A stretch of 64,000 nucleotides of DNA from Ignavibacteriaceae bacterium. GTDB lineage: Bacteria > Bacteroidota > Ignavibacteria > Ignavibacteriales > Ignavibacteriaceae. A program made the translations under genes and the position numbers. The stretch covers positions 12,294-76,293 of the forward strand of contig JAVHOU010000223.1 in the NCBI GenBank assembly GCA_036170275.1. Direction: 5' to 3'. The notes beneath the pieces are model-generated. The model worked only from the letters and a program-made list of their open reading frames with translations, did not search any database and was not told the origin of the DNA. Positions within the stretch are counted from its first letter, which is position 1. The number at the start of each line of letters is the position of its first letter. Below are positions 29,427-39,751 of the stretch, one piece after another.

Positions 29427-29450
29427 ATATATTTAATCTTATAAAAGGAT

Positions 29451-30857
29451 TTACTCAGGATCAAAAAATCCAAAACTGGATCCTTTTTTTATTTCATACA
29501 TAAATAAAAGAATAACAGGGATATGCTGAATGTAAATAAAATATCCACCAAGAAAATTTAAATGGTAAAGCGGGATAAGAAAAACATACATCAGCAAAGA
29601 AAACTTAGGACTGAATACAAGCGGTAGAACTAACCAGGTGAAGTACCACGGAAACTGAGTGGGGCTGATCAAAAACATAATTGCTATTGCAATAAGAATT
29701 TTATTTACAAGTTCACGATTATCGTTTGCGGGTTTTCTAATTAGCCATAAAACTGTAATCGCCATCAATCCAATTGTTATCCATCGGGCAACACAATCAG
29801 CACAGACATAATAAATTTTAAAAACATTTGTAAATAAATCTATGCTATCTTTTAATAGAGTATAAAATCCCGCATTGTTAATCCAGTTAGAAGCGTATTT
29901 CATAAATCCCTGATTTTCATCCCAACCAGCACTTAAAACAGGAATAAATATGATTACTACAAAAATGGAAAATGCAGCAATGCTTGAAAACAATTTTGAT
30001 TTTTGATTGAATAATCTCCGCATATAAAATGGGAATAAAAGAATAGGCCAAACTTTGAATCCAACCGCAAGGGCAAGTGTTATGCTTGCAATAACATTTT
30101 CATTTTTAAGTAAATAGTAAAATGAAATTGCAGTAAATAAAAGTGCAAATAAATCATAATGCCCTGTATTAAAATACTCGTGAAGTACAATTGGGTTTAA
30201 CCAATAAATTGCGATAAAAGATTTTGGTAATTGTAACTCGCGCAAGATTTTTATCAAAAAGTAAAGCAACAGCAAATCGCCGATAAGCATAATGAATTTC
30301 CAGCCGACAACACTCCAGGGAAAAAGAAAATAAGATAGTGCAAAAACAATTTGAGCCAGCGAAGGGTAAAGTGTTCTGATTTGCGGATGATTTATTTTAT
30401 GAATTACATCACCAGATTCATCTGATAGTTTTAAAATCTTTTCCGGAACATTATGATCTTTTTCCAACACTTGTTGTGGGCTTATTGTATAAGGATTAAA
30501 TTCATGTGCAGTAACAGCGCCATCCCACAAATATCTATAGAAATCATCCTCAAGAATTGGTAGAGAAGGAATTAAAATTAATCTAGCTAACAATCCTGTA
30601 AAAATTATCCAGGCAATCCAGTTTTCTTTAAGCGGTATTTTAGTGATGTTTATGATTGCAAGAAAGAAGAGTATGCCGATTAAAATTCTTTGCGATACAA
30701 AAAGAATTATTTCAACTGCATTAGGTTTAGCATCATAAGTTAATGTGGGTGATACAAAATAAATATAAACGGCATAAAGAATTACTCCAAATCCTAAAAG
30801 TATCCAAATAATTTTTCCTCTGGTAAATTTAAATGTAAGATTAAATTTTATATCCAT
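29451..30857 (-). CDS. polytopic GT-C-like glycosyltransferase-type membrane protein (DUF2029-like)
   Basis: More than 10 TM segments. The loop motif LEDDFYRYLWDGAV..NPY is typical of GT-C mannosyl/arabinosyl-type transferases. Confidence 0.55.
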   Translation of the reverse strand: MDIKFNLTFKFTRGKIIWILLGFGVILYAVYIYFVSPTLTYDAKPNAVEIILFVSQRILIGILFFLAIINITKIPLKENWIAWIIFTGLLARLILIPSLPILEDDFYRYLWDGAVTAHEFNPYTISPQQVLEKDHNVPEKILKLSDESGDVIHKINHPQIRTLYPSLAQIVFALSYFLFPWSVVGWKFIMLIGDLLLLYFLIKILRELQLPKSFIAIYWLNPIVLHEYFNTGHYDLFALLFTAISFYYLLKNENVIASITLALAVGFKVWPILLFPFYMRRLFNQKSKLFSSIAAFSIFVVIIFIPVLSAGWDENQGFMKYASNWINNAGFYTLLKDSIDLFTNVFKIYYVCADCVARWITIGLMAITVLWLIRKPANDNRELVNKILIAIAIMFLISPTQFPWYFTWLVLPLVFSPKFSLLMYVFLIPLYHLNFLGGYFIYIQHIPVILLFMYEIKKGSSFGFFDPE

Positions 30858-30869
30858 TTAGTTTTCTTT

Positions 30870-31643
30870 TTATCGATTTATCATTATCCATGGAAAAGGA
30901 GAATCTTTTCCGAAGGCTAAATTTTGAATTTTATTTTTTAATCTCCGCGGATCATATAAATAGTAATGATTAAGATCTTTTATGCTCCTGAATGTGTGAT
31001 GAAAATATTTTTCCTTCATCTGAGGGAAACCAATTGATTCATAATATTGCAAAGTTTTATTTCTTGCAAATTCAACTTCATCATCCTCATAAAAAGGCGT
31101 ATCAATGATATGAATTTCTCCGTACGAATTCAGCAAATAAAATAGTTCCCGCATTAAAATTCTTACATCAGGAAAATATTGTAATGAGGAGTTAAGAATT
31201 ATCATATCAAATGATGAACGCGGAAACTTGATCTGAAAAATATCAGCATAAATAAATTTTATTTTTTCATTTGCAAAAAGTTTAGCACCACGTTGCAGTT
31301 CGGTTAAATTAACATCAACACAATAAAAATTATGATCCGATTCCCTCAAAATCTGCGAAGCAAACCAACCGGTACCACAGCCAAGATCAAGTATATTTAA
31401 TCCGGATTTTTTTTTATAAAGATATTTTTTAAATCTAAGAAATGATTTTGCTCTCTGATTCCATTCTTCTTTATGCGGATTTAATCTTGATGCAAACGGC
31501 AGCAGTCTAAGTTCCTCATCCCTGTAAATTCTTTTTTCCTTTTTTCTGATTTGCAAATAAGTTTTTTCAAAAGATTCATCAACATCAGAAATTGTTAAAA
31601 CACCATTAACAGGAGCAATATCTAAAAATTCTTCAATTATCAT
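30870..31643 (-). CDS. class I SAM-dependent methyltransferase
   Basis: Motif I ILDLGCGTGWF. Likely an operon with the GT-C-like gene (12-nt gap). Confidence 0.8.
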   Translation of the reverse strand: MIIEEFLDIAPVNGVLTISDVDESFEKTYLQIRKKEKRIYRDEELRLLPFASRLNPHKEEWNQRAKSFLRFKKYLYKKKSGLNILDLGCGTGWFASQILRESDHNFYCVDVNLTELQRGAKLFANEKIKFIYADIFQIKFPRSSFDMIILNSSLQYFPDVRILMRELFYLLNSYGEIHIIDTPFYEDDEVEFARNKTLQYYESIGFPQMKEKYFHHTFRSIKDLNHYYLYDPRRLKNKIQNLAFGKDSPFPWIMINR

Positions 31644-31794
31644 AAGTAATAAAAAATGTTAGGATAAAATTAAATACAAAGCACAGATATTACTATTCTC
31701 CCGATTGACCGAAATGGTTGAGTAGGGTGTTTACTTTCCGTATTTTTAAATCAATAAAAAATAATTTTAAACCTCTTAAACATTTGAGAGAATT

Positions 31795-33414
31795 ATGGAA
31801 AAACTTTTATTACTCGGAGCCGAAGCAATTGCACAAGGCGCTATTGATGGCGGAATGTCCGGTGTTTACGCTTATCCCGGCACACCTTCTACAGAAATAA
31901 CTGAATACGTTCAGCACAATAAAATTGCTACCGAAAGAAAATTACACAGCCAATGGTCTGCTAATGAAAAAACTGCAATGGAATCAGCACTTGGAATGAG
32001 TTACGCCGGCAAGCGCGCAATGGTTTGTATGAAACACGTTGGGTTAAATGTTGCTGCCGATGCTTTTATCAACTCAGCTATTACCGGCGTTAACGGCGGA
32101 TTGATTGTAACTGTTGCAGATGATCCATCAATGCACTCATCACAGAATGAACAGGATTCACGTTTCTTCGGCAAGTTTGCGATGATACCGATTCTTGAAC
32201 CTGCAAATCAACAGGAAGCTTATGATATGACCTACGAGGCATTTGAACTTTCTGAAAAATTAAAAGTACCGGTTATGATTCGTATTACAACCCGGCTTTC
32301 ACATTCGCGCGCAGGAATTGAAACCCGCCCGCTAAAAGATGAAAACAAACTTACTTACCCGAAAGATCCAATTCAGTTTGTTCTTCTTCCTTCCAACGCA
32401 AGGAAAAGATATAAAGGTTTGCTTGCGCTTCAGTCGGTTATGGAGCAGGAATCTGAACGATCAGCTTACAATACCTATTATCCCGGTAGAAATAAATCAT
32501 TAGGAATTATTGCCTGCGGAATTGCATTCAATTATCTGATGGAAAATTATCCGGAAAGAAAAAGTAATTTTTATCCGATTCTTCAACTTGGGCAATATCC
32601 GCTTCCGTTTGTCAAAGTAGAAAAGATTGTAGATGAATGTGAACATATTTTAGTACTTGAGGATGGTTATCCATTAGTTGAAGAAATGTTAAAGGGATTT
32701 TTAGGAAAAGATAGTAAGATAATTGGAAGATTAGATGGAACGATTCCGCGAGATGGCGAATTAACTCCTGATGTTGTTGCAAATGCCTTGGGTAAAGAAG
32801 TGAAAACAGGAATGAAAGTTCCCGCTATCGTTGCAAATCGTCCTCCAGAACTTTGTGCTGGATGTGCTCATCGTGATATTTATCTTGCCTTGAATGAAAC
32901 GATGATGGAATTCGGTAAGCAAAAAGTTTTTTCAGATATTGGATGTTATGCTCTTGGTGCGCTACCACCTTGGAATTCTATAAACTCTTGCGTTGATATG
33001 GGCGCCTCAATCACAATGGCAAAAGGTGCTGCTGATGCTGGAGTTCATCCATCCATAGCAGTGATTGGTGATTCAACTTTTACGCACAGCGGAATGACTG
33101 CTTTGCTTGATTGTGTTTATGAAAATACTCCGGTTACTGTTATCATTTCAGATAATTCCACGACAGGAATGACAGGCGGACAAGCTTCGCACGCAACAGG
33201 CAGGTTGGAAGAAATTTGTATTGGTCTCGGTGTAAAACCTGAACACGTAAAAGTTCTTACTCCTTTGCCCAAGTATCACGATGAAATGGTAAAAGTTCTA
33301 CGTGAAGAAATGTTGTATAAAGGTGTTTCGGTTATAATTCCTAGAAGAGAATGTATTCAAACGTTGAGTAGAAGTAAGAAGGAACAGAAAGTAAGAGCGG
33401 AAGAGATCACATAA
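31795..33414 (+). CDS. iorA: indolepyruvate:ferredoxin oxidoreductase alpha subunit (TPP-binding)
   Basis: LLLGAEAIAQGAIDGG..YAYPGTPSTEI, CAGCAHRD, GDSTFTHSGM. Confidence 0.85.
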   Translation: MEKLLLLGAEAIAQGAIDGGMSGVYAYPGTPSTEITEYVQHNKIATERKLHSQWSANEKTAMESALGMSYAGKRAMVCMKHVGLNVAADAFINSAITGVNGGLIVTVADDPSMHSSQNEQDSRFFGKFAMIPILEPANQQEAYDMTYEAFELSEKLKVPVMIRITTRLSHSRAGIETRPLKDENKLTYPKDPIQFVLLPSNARKRYKGLLALQSVMEQESERSAYNTYYPGRNKSLGIIACGIAFNYLMENYPERKSNFYPILQLGQYPLPFVKVEKIVDECEHILVLEDGYPLVEEMLKGFLGKDSKIIGRLDGTIPRDGELTPDVVANALGKEVKTGMKVPAIVANRPPELCAGCAHRDIYLALNETMMEFGKQKVFSDIGCYALGALPPWNSINSCVDMGASITMAKGAADAGVHPSIAVIGDSTFTHSGMTALLDCVYENTPVTVIISDNSTTGMTGGQASHATGRLEEICIGLGVKPEHVKVLTPLPKYHDEMVKVLREEMLYKGVSVIIPRRECIQTLSRSKKEQKVRAEEIT

Positions 33415-33433
33415 CCAAAATTGATATTTATTG

Positions 33434-33557
33434 CCACGACTTTTAAGTCGTGGATTGTGGACCAATAATAAAATAGGCTTTAGCCAAATTGATACAAAAA
33501 AATGGGACTAAAGTCCAAATTCCTTTTTATTAGTTATCCCCAACCTAAAGGTCGGGG
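33434..33557. repeat. composite hairpin repeat element, family A, copy 2, between iorA and iorB
   Basis: ccacgac-tttta-agtcgtgg (identical to 4949..4968), ggctttagccaaa half-site, ggac-taaa-gtcc, ccccaacc-taaa-ggtcgggg. Confidence 0.7.
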
Positions 33558-33590
33558 TAATTAGTTCTAAATGAAGGTTAAAAAATATTT

Positions 33591-34175
33591 ATGAAATCAG
33601 ACATAATATTAGCAGGTGTTGGGGGACAAGGAATTCTTTCAATTGCTGCGGTTGTTGGAATGGCGGCTTTGGAAAATCATCTTTACATAAAACAAGCAGA
33701 AGTTCATGGAATGAGTCAGCGCGGTGGTGCTGTACATTCTCATCTTAGAATTTCTGAAAAAGAAATTGCGAGTGATTTAATTCCCGAAGGCAGAGCGGAT
33801 ATAATAATTTCTGTTGAGCCAATGGAATCATTGCGTTACTTACCATGGCTTTCAGAAAATGGATGGCTTGTAACAAACACAACTCCATTTGTAAACATTA
33901 CAGATTATCCGGATATGAAAGCGTTGCTTGCGGAGATAGAAAAACTTCCCCATCACATTGCAATAAACGCAGATGAAATTGCCAGACAAGTGAAGTCTCC
34001 TCGTTCATCAAATATGGTAGTGCTTGGTGCAGCTTCTCCGTTTATAGATATTCCATATCAATCACTTGAAAATGGAATAAAGAAAATTTTTGATAAAAAA
34101 GGTGAGAAGATAGTTCAGCTAAACATAGATGCACTAAAAGCAGGAAGAGAATTTTCAGTAGCGCATAAAAATTAA
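33591..34175 (+). CDS. iorB: indolepyruvate:ferredoxin oxidoreductase beta subunit
   Basis: MKSDIILAGVGGQGILS..., HGMSQRGG. Confidence 0.85.
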   Translation: MKSDIILAGVGGQGILSIAAVVGMAALENHLYIKQAEVHGMSQRGGAVHSHLRISEKEIASDLIPEGRADIIISVEPMESLRYLPWLSENGWLVTNTTPFVNITDYPDMKALLAEIEKLPHHIAINADEIARQVKSPRSSNMVVLGAASPFIDIPYQSLENGIKKIFDKKGEKIVQLNIDALKAGREFSVAHKN

Positions 34176-34187
34176 GAAGATCTTTAC

Positions 34188-34226
34188 CACAGAGAAACAG
34201 AGTTTTCTGTGTCTCTGTAGTAAAAA
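34188..34226. repeat. CACAGAG-type hairpin repeat (family F) between convergent iorB and M14 genes; possible bidirectional terminator
   Basis: cacagagaaacag-agttttc-ctgtgtctctgt. The 17-nt string gtgtctctgtagtaaaa recurs at 37187..37203. Confidence 0.5.
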
Positions 34227-34251
34227 TAATTCTTAAAGCCTTTAAAAAAAA

Positions 34252-36843
34252 TTAATTCATACCTGCTGAATGAATCGCATTAAATAAAAGTTTAAAAGTC
34301 CCAAAAGTTTGATGACGATTCTGTACTTTAAATCCTAGAAGTATAACATGCCCTTTTTTCTGTTTTACATCCACAATAGCTCCGCGCTTATAAAGTAAAT
34401 CTTCACCAAGCAAAAAACCGGATTTCAGTAAGTCCTTCGTAGGATATCTGGCAATAACGCTTCTATCAAATTGTCCAAAAGGAATTGATGTTGAAAATGC
34501 AATGTTTGAATTTTGATAACCAATAATTTCTTCTTCCATTCCATATCCAATAGGAAGTGTATTATCAACATTTATTTTTAACAGCGAACCGGGACAAAAG
34601 AACTCATCACTTTTTATATTTTTCAAAACGTTATTTACTCGCAGACCCAAATCTTCAATCGCAAAGTTACAGGCTTCACCGAGAGTAATTAAATAGCCGC
34701 CGCCTTTTTCAACAAAAGTTTTTAAATTTTCAACACCAATTCGCCCGAGTCCGCTGTCATATTCCGGAGGTTTAGGACGATTGTATCGTGCAAACTCGCC
34801 CGCAAAATAACCTGTTTTAATTAAATCGCCATTCATTTCCGGAATAATTATCACATCGTATTTCTCTTTTAATTTTTTGTCTTTAAAATCCTTGTTATGC
34901 ATAGTAACAAATTCAAAATTGTAATTTTCTAAAAGCAGTCTGGTCCATCCTTCATCCATATTTGCGGTAAAGGGTTGATACAACCCAACTTTAACTTTTT
35001 TTAATTCTTTTATTTTTGATGTGTCAACATCTGCAAGAACATCGATCTTAAGATGAAGTTCATCTGCTAAGATTTTTACTGCAGTTGTTGATTTTTCATT
35101 CATAGGAATTAAAACAGAACCGGGATTATATTCTTTCCCTTTTGAAGAAAATTTTTCACTATTCCAGAATACTTCTATGTTTTGTTTTTGTAATCGGTTG
35201 ATTAAGGCAGAATTAATATTTGCCCCAGAAGCAGCAATAAAATATTTTCCATCGGATGATTCAACTTTACCTTGCTGGTAATTAGGATTTGTTAATAGTA
35301 CTGAATTAATTTCTACAGGCTTATTGATTGTGTTGTATTTAACTCCCATCAAGTATGGAAGCGTCCAGCCGGCAACATCATAAGGTTCAATTGGCGTTTC
35401 CTTTTTGGATTTTCTTAGGTCTGGATAAAATTGTTCTTCAAACAAATCTTTCACATAGCGCCCATTCGGTTGAGCAAGAAAAATCACATAGCTTTCGGCG
35501 GGGTAAGTTATGTTATCAATCTTAAATTTATTCTCTGCCCAACCCACTTCAACTGCGCCTTGCTGAAGAATGTCAATCATTTTTGAGGTTGTTACCGGAT
35601 CATTTTGATTGCGTGGGATGATGTATGCATAGGGATTTCCAATCTTTCCTTTTTCAACGGCATCTTTTCCCATCAAATAATAATTGTAAAGTAAATCTTC
35701 TTTAAATCGTGAAGATGATTCAATCAAACTGTAAGTCAATGCAAGCTCATAATCAACTATATTACGCAAACGCCACCAACCCCCGCGCCAGGGACTTGGA
35801 TAGTTAGTTCTTATGTCGTAAGTAGTAATTTCTTCGGTGGCTTTAATTTCAGATGAATCAATAAAAATCGGACTTGCAATGTTACAACTTGCCATTTCTG
35901 AAAGGAGTGCAATTTGATTATGCCAAAGTCCACAATCGCTTGCAGGACCTTCCCACCATCCTTCAAACATAGCTTGATCGATAATTCCAGTATAACCTTG
36001 CTTTTCAAGATCAAGAGCAGTTAAACCGCCGATTACTTTTTGCCATCTCCAAATAAGTGGATGAATGTTTGGATTAATTGGGTCTTTATATGGCACAACA
36101 AAAAGTCTAGCTCCATCACTTCCCATTTGATGTTCATCCAACCAGATTTGAGGAAGCCATTTATGATAAGCAATATTAATTACATTCCGAGTTTCAGGAA
36201 GATTGAACAGGAACCAATCACGATTATTATCATGACCGGAATAAACATGATATAAATAGGGAAGAGAACTTCCTTCATATTCCGTATTCAGATATTTATT
36301 GTACCAATTAACTACCATTGTTTCACCATCGGGATTGATTGAAGGCATGATGATGAATATTACATCTTTAAGCGCCTCATTTATTTTTACAGGCGATTTA
36401 GCTGTAATTATATTATAAGCAAGTTCCATAGACATTTGTGCCGATGCAATTTCTGTAGAATGAATATTGCATGTAACAAGCACAACAACTTTTCCATCAA
36501 TCGAAAGTTGTTTTGCCTGATCATCAGAAATTTTTCTTGGATCTGATAGCTGCCTCACTATGTCTTGATATTTATCCAGATTTTTTATGTTATCTTCACT
36601 GCTGAGAATAGCCATAAACATATCGCGGTTTTGAACGGTCTTTCCTATAACTTCGTAAACAATCATTTTAGAATTTTCAGCGAGATGTTTAAAATATTTT
36701 TGAATTGTCTCGTAGTCTGCTATCTTAAAATCCGTTCCTACTTTAAACCCCAAAAACTCTTCAGGTGATTTTAATGATTGCGCAATGCTGATGTTGGAAA
36801 GTAAAAAAATGGTGAGAATAATAACGGATAAAAATATTTTCAT
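34252..36843 (-). CDS. M14 family zinc carboxypeptidase-like protein, secreted, large multidomain form
   Basis: Signal peptide from ATG 36843. HxxE (CNIHSTEIAS). SINPDGE. Confidence 0.78.
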   Translation of the reverse strand: MKIFLSVIILTIFLLSNISIAQSLKSPEEFLGFKVGTDFKIADYETIQKYFKHLAENSKMIVYEVIGKTVQNRDMFMAILSSEDNIKNLDKYQDIVRQLSDPRKISDDQAKQLSIDGKVVVLVTCNIHSTEIASAQMSMELAYNIITAKSPVKINEALKDVIFIIMPSINPDGETMVVNWYNKYLNTEYEGSSLPYLYHVYSGHDNNRDWFLFNLPETRNVINIAYHKWLPQIWLDEHQMGSDGARLFVVPYKDPINPNIHPLIWRWQKVIGGLTALDLEKQGYTGIIDQAMFEGWWEGPASDCGLWHNQIALLSEMASCNIASPIFIDSSEIKATEEITTYDIRTNYPSPWRGGWWRLRNIVDYELALTYSLIESSSRFKEDLLYNYYLMGKDAVEKGKIGNPYAYIIPRNQNDPVTTSKMIDILQQGAVEVGWAENKFKIDNITYPAESYVIFLAQPNGRYVKDLFEEQFYPDLRKSKKETPIEPYDVAGWTLPYLMGVKYNTINKPVEINSVLLTNPNYQQGKVESSDGKYFIAASGANINSALINRLQKQNIEVFWNSEKFSSKGKEYNPGSVLIPMNEKSTTAVKILADELHLKIDVLADVDTSKIKELKKVKVGLYQPFTANMDEGWTRLLLENYNFEFVTMHNKDFKDKKLKEKYDVIIIPEMNGDLIKTGYFAGEFARYNRPKPPEYDSGLGRIGVENLKTFVEKGGGYLITLGEACNFAIEDLGLRVNNVLKNIKSDEFFCPGSLLKINVDNTLPIGYGMEEEIIGYQNSNIAFSTSIPFGQFDRSVIARYPTKDLLKSGFLLGEDLLYKRGAIVDVKQKKGHVILLGFKVQNRHQTFGTFKLLFNAIHSAGMN

Positions 36844-37024
36844 GCCGACTCCTATGATAGAAGCATTTTTAATAGATTTATTTTTTATCAAACATAAATA
36901 AAATATTTTGATATTTAAAAAGGTTTATAATCCTTTAATAATTCAACTTACCTTAAAGTAGCTTTTATATCTTTCCGTCCGCCAAGGCAGCTTGTTTTGG
37001 AATCTCAATTTCTTAAAATTTTAA

Positions 37025-37056
37025 ATGCTGAAACAATTCGCCGCGGCGAACAGCAT
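37025..37056. repeat. family B palindrome with extended stem
   Basis: atgctg-aaaca-attcgccgcggcgaa-cagcat. Confidence 0.5.
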
Positions 37057-37152
37057 GACAACTGCGTAATGCGAGTTATTTATTTAAAATTAAAACTGAT
37101 GTTTGATAAGATACTTTTTAAAAAACGTAAAGTAATTCACATAATTTATTAA

Positions 37153-37204
37153 CCGCAGAGTCGCGGGAAAATTTCTCTGTGCCTTCGTGTCTCTGTAGTA
37201 AAAA
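37153..37204. repeat. family F repeat, copy 2, at the 3' end of pepP
   Basis: ccgcagagtcgcggg...tctctgtgccttcgtgtctctgtagtaaaa. Confidence 0.5.
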
Positions 37205-37209
37205 TTCAT

Positions 37210-38598
37210 TTAGGATTTTGCCCACGCTTCTACGTCATCAACTTCTTTTGGGATTGGACGACCGAGAACTTTATATCCGGTTTGCGTAACTAGAATATTA
37301 TCTTCTATTCTTATTCCGCCAAAGTTGCGGTACTCTTCAACTTTATCATAATTAATAAAGTTTTTAAACTTTTTCTTGGCTTTCCACTGATCAATAAGTT
37401 GTGGAATAAAATAAATTCCCGGCTCGCAAGTAAAAACAAATCCAGGTTTTAATTCTTTAGCTAATCTTAAATAAGCCAATCCAAACTGATCGCTTCGTTT
37501 TGTATTCTCATCATATCCAACATAAGCTTCTCCAAGATTTTCCATATCGTGTACATCAAGTCCCATCATATGTCCAAGTCCGTGTGGAAAGAAAAGTGCA
37601 TGTGCACCAGCTTTTACGGCAGCATTCAAATCGCCTTTTATAATTCCTATCTGTGATAAACCAGCAGCAATAATTTTTGCCGCAGTTAGGTGAACATCAA
37701 TATGCTTTACACCGGGTTTAATCATATTGATAGCATTCTTCTGAGCTGTAAGTACAATCTCGTAAATCTCTCTTTGCTTATAAGAAAATTTTCCACCAAC
37801 TGGAGTTGTACGGGTTATATCACTAGCATAATGAAGGAGTGATTCAGCACCAGCATCACAAACAAGTAAATCACCTTCCTTCAAAACATTTCCATGTAAA
37901 TGATTATGAAGTGTCTGTCCGTTTTTAGAAACGATGGCTGGAAAAGAAAGTCCGGCACCCAAAGAAGAAGCAATTCCTTCAATGGCACCGGCAATATCGC
38001 GTTCAATCACACCAGGTTTTGCCATACGCATTGCAGTTGTGTGCATTTGATAAGCAATTTCCATTGCGTATTCAATTTCTGCAACTTCTTCTTCTGCTTT
38101 AATCGAGCGTTGAGTCACAACGGCTTCAACTAATTTTTTAGAAACTTTACTTTTTAATTTATTTGGATTTTCATCAAGAAAATCTGCTAGCTTAAGTGTT
38201 TGATCACCACGGTAAGTTGGTAGAAAATGAATCTTAACTTGTTTACTGCTTTTTGCTTTAAGAAACTTTTTTAATGTATCAATAGATTCAAATTGTGCCA
38301 CACCGATTTGTTCCGCGAGCTGCGAGAGTTTTGGCTGTGGACCCATCCAAACAATATCTTCAAGTGTAAACTCATATCCGAAAAGCATTTCCTTGTTTTC
38401 ATCAATATCAATTATGCCAACCATATTTGGCAAATCAAGTCCAAAGTAATAAAGAAAAGAGCTATCCTGTCTGAAAGCGTATGTATTATCAGCATAGTTC
38501 ATTGCAGATTCATCATTACCGGGAAATAAAAGTACTCCCGTTTTAAAATTTTTCTTTAGCTCAGCCCTGCGATCTATATAAACTTGTTTATCAAACAT
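37210..38598 (-). CDS. pepP: Xaa-Pro aminopeptidase (M24B)
   Basis: HGLGHMMGLDVHD, CEPGIYF, IRIEDN metal-ligand contexts. Confidence 0.88.
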   Translation of the reverse strand: MFDKQVYIDRRAELKKNFKTGVLLFPGNDESAMNYADNTYAFRQDSSFLYYFGLDLPNMVGIIDIDENKEMLFGYEFTLEDIVWMGPQPKLSQLAEQIGVAQFESIDTLKKFLKAKSSKQVKIHFLPTYRGDQTLKLADFLDENPNKLKSKVSKKLVEAVVTQRSIKAEEEVAEIEYAMEIAYQMHTTAMRMAKPGVIERDIAGAIEGIASSLGAGLSFPAIVSKNGQTLHNHLHGNVLKEGDLLVCDAGAESLLHYASDITRTTPVGGKFSYKQREIYEIVLTAQKNAINMIKPGVKHIDVHLTAAKIIAAGLSQIGIIKGDLNAAVKAGAHALFFPHGLGHMMGLDVHDMENLGEAYVGYDENTKRSDQFGLAYLRLAKELKPGFVFTCEPGIYFIPQLIDQWKAKKKFKNFINYDKVEEYRNFGGIRIEDNILVTQTGYKVLGRPIPKEVDDVEAWAKS

Positions 38599-38741
38599 AA
38601 GTGCTCCTAAGTAGAATGGATTTTATTTGTATGTTGTAAAATTATAGAATAATTAAGTGTATTTCCATACGAGAAGAAAAATGGTATGCAGATAATTAGG
38701 ACTTTTTATGATTAAAAATGATCCAGAAAATTTCATTTAAA

Positions 38742-39560
38742 TCATTGTACTGTTTTAGATTTCACTTTTTTATTTGTGGTCTCTTTTTCTTTCCTAAAGA
38801 TGAAATACAATCCACCAATAACAAATGGAATACTTAACAGTTGCCCCATATCTAATGCCATTCCTTTTTCAAAAGATGATTGCTCAACTTTTAGAAACTC
38901 AACAAAAAATCTGAATCCAAAAATCAGTATAAGAAATAATCCAAAGATAAATCCTTCTTTAGATTTTTTTTGTGTTTTATAATAAACAAAATATAGAATG
39001 AAAAATGAAATGAGATAAAAAATGGATTCATATAATTGTGCCGGATGTCTTGGAACATTATCAACTTTTGCAAAGATAAATGCCCAGGGAACATCGGTTG
39101 CTTTACCAATAATTTCTGAGTTAAATAGATTTCCTAATCTGATAAGCACCGCAGCAAGTGCAACAACAATTACCACGCGGTCAAGTATCCACAACATTGT
39201 TTTATCTTTTTGTTTCTTTGTAAGAAGATAAATTGCTGTGATAATTCCAATCGCTGCACCGTGACTTGCAAGTCCGCCTTGCCAAACTTTTATTATTTCA
39301 ATTGGATGTGATAAATAAAAAACAGGATCATAAAACAAGCAATGTCCTAATCGTGCGCCGATTACAGTTCCAAGAATAACATAAATAGAAAGTTGTTCTA
39401 AATCAGCCTGCGGTTTTTTTTCAAGTTTGTAAATTTTTGTAAGAATCAAATATCCAAATACAAAACCTAATGCAAAAAGTAATCCGTACCATCTAAGTGA
39501 TAATGGTCCAAGCTTTACTATTTCAGGGCTAACATTCCAGAATATTGATGAGATGATCAT
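38742..39560 (-). CDS. lgt: prolipoprotein diacylglyceryl transferase
   Basis: LSLRWYGLLFALGF, GARLGH, GGLASHGAAIG, HPAQLYES. Confidence 0.92.
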   Translation of the reverse strand: MIISSIFWNVSPEIVKLGPLSLRWYGLLFALGFVFGYLILTKIYKLEKKPQADLEQLSIYVILGTVIGARLGHCLFYDPVFYLSHPIEIIKVWQGGLASHGAAIGIITAIYLLTKKQKDKTMLWILDRVVIVVALAAVLIRLGNLFNSEIIGKATDVPWAFIFAKVDNVPRHPAQLYESIFYLISFFILYFVYYKTQKKSKEGFIFGLFLILIFGFRFFVEFLKVEQSSFEKGMALDMGQLLSIPFVIGGLYFIFRKEKETTNKKVKSKTVQ

Positions 39561-39691
39561 TTTAATTTAGATAATTGTTTTATAATTAAGTGTAAATATA
39601 CTTTGATGTGTAAAGTGATGCAAAGTAATAAATGATTACTTTTATTTTGCTATCAGTCTGATCCGTGAGCTAACTGATGTCGAAGACTGAG

Positions 39692-39719
39692 GTCACACTT
39701 CGACTTCGCTCAGTGTGAC
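39692..39719. repeat. hairpin repeat word between topA and lgt
   Basis: gtcacact-tcgacttcgctc-agtgtgac. Confidence 0.4.
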
Positions 39720-39751
39720 ATCGGTTAATAGCCACCAATAAATTTAAAAAT

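Noticed and set aside
31718-31900. 60-aa ORF overlapping the iorA start
   Set aside because: It is out of frame with iorA and overlaps it. iorA has a clear ATG at 31795 and a conserved N-terminus.
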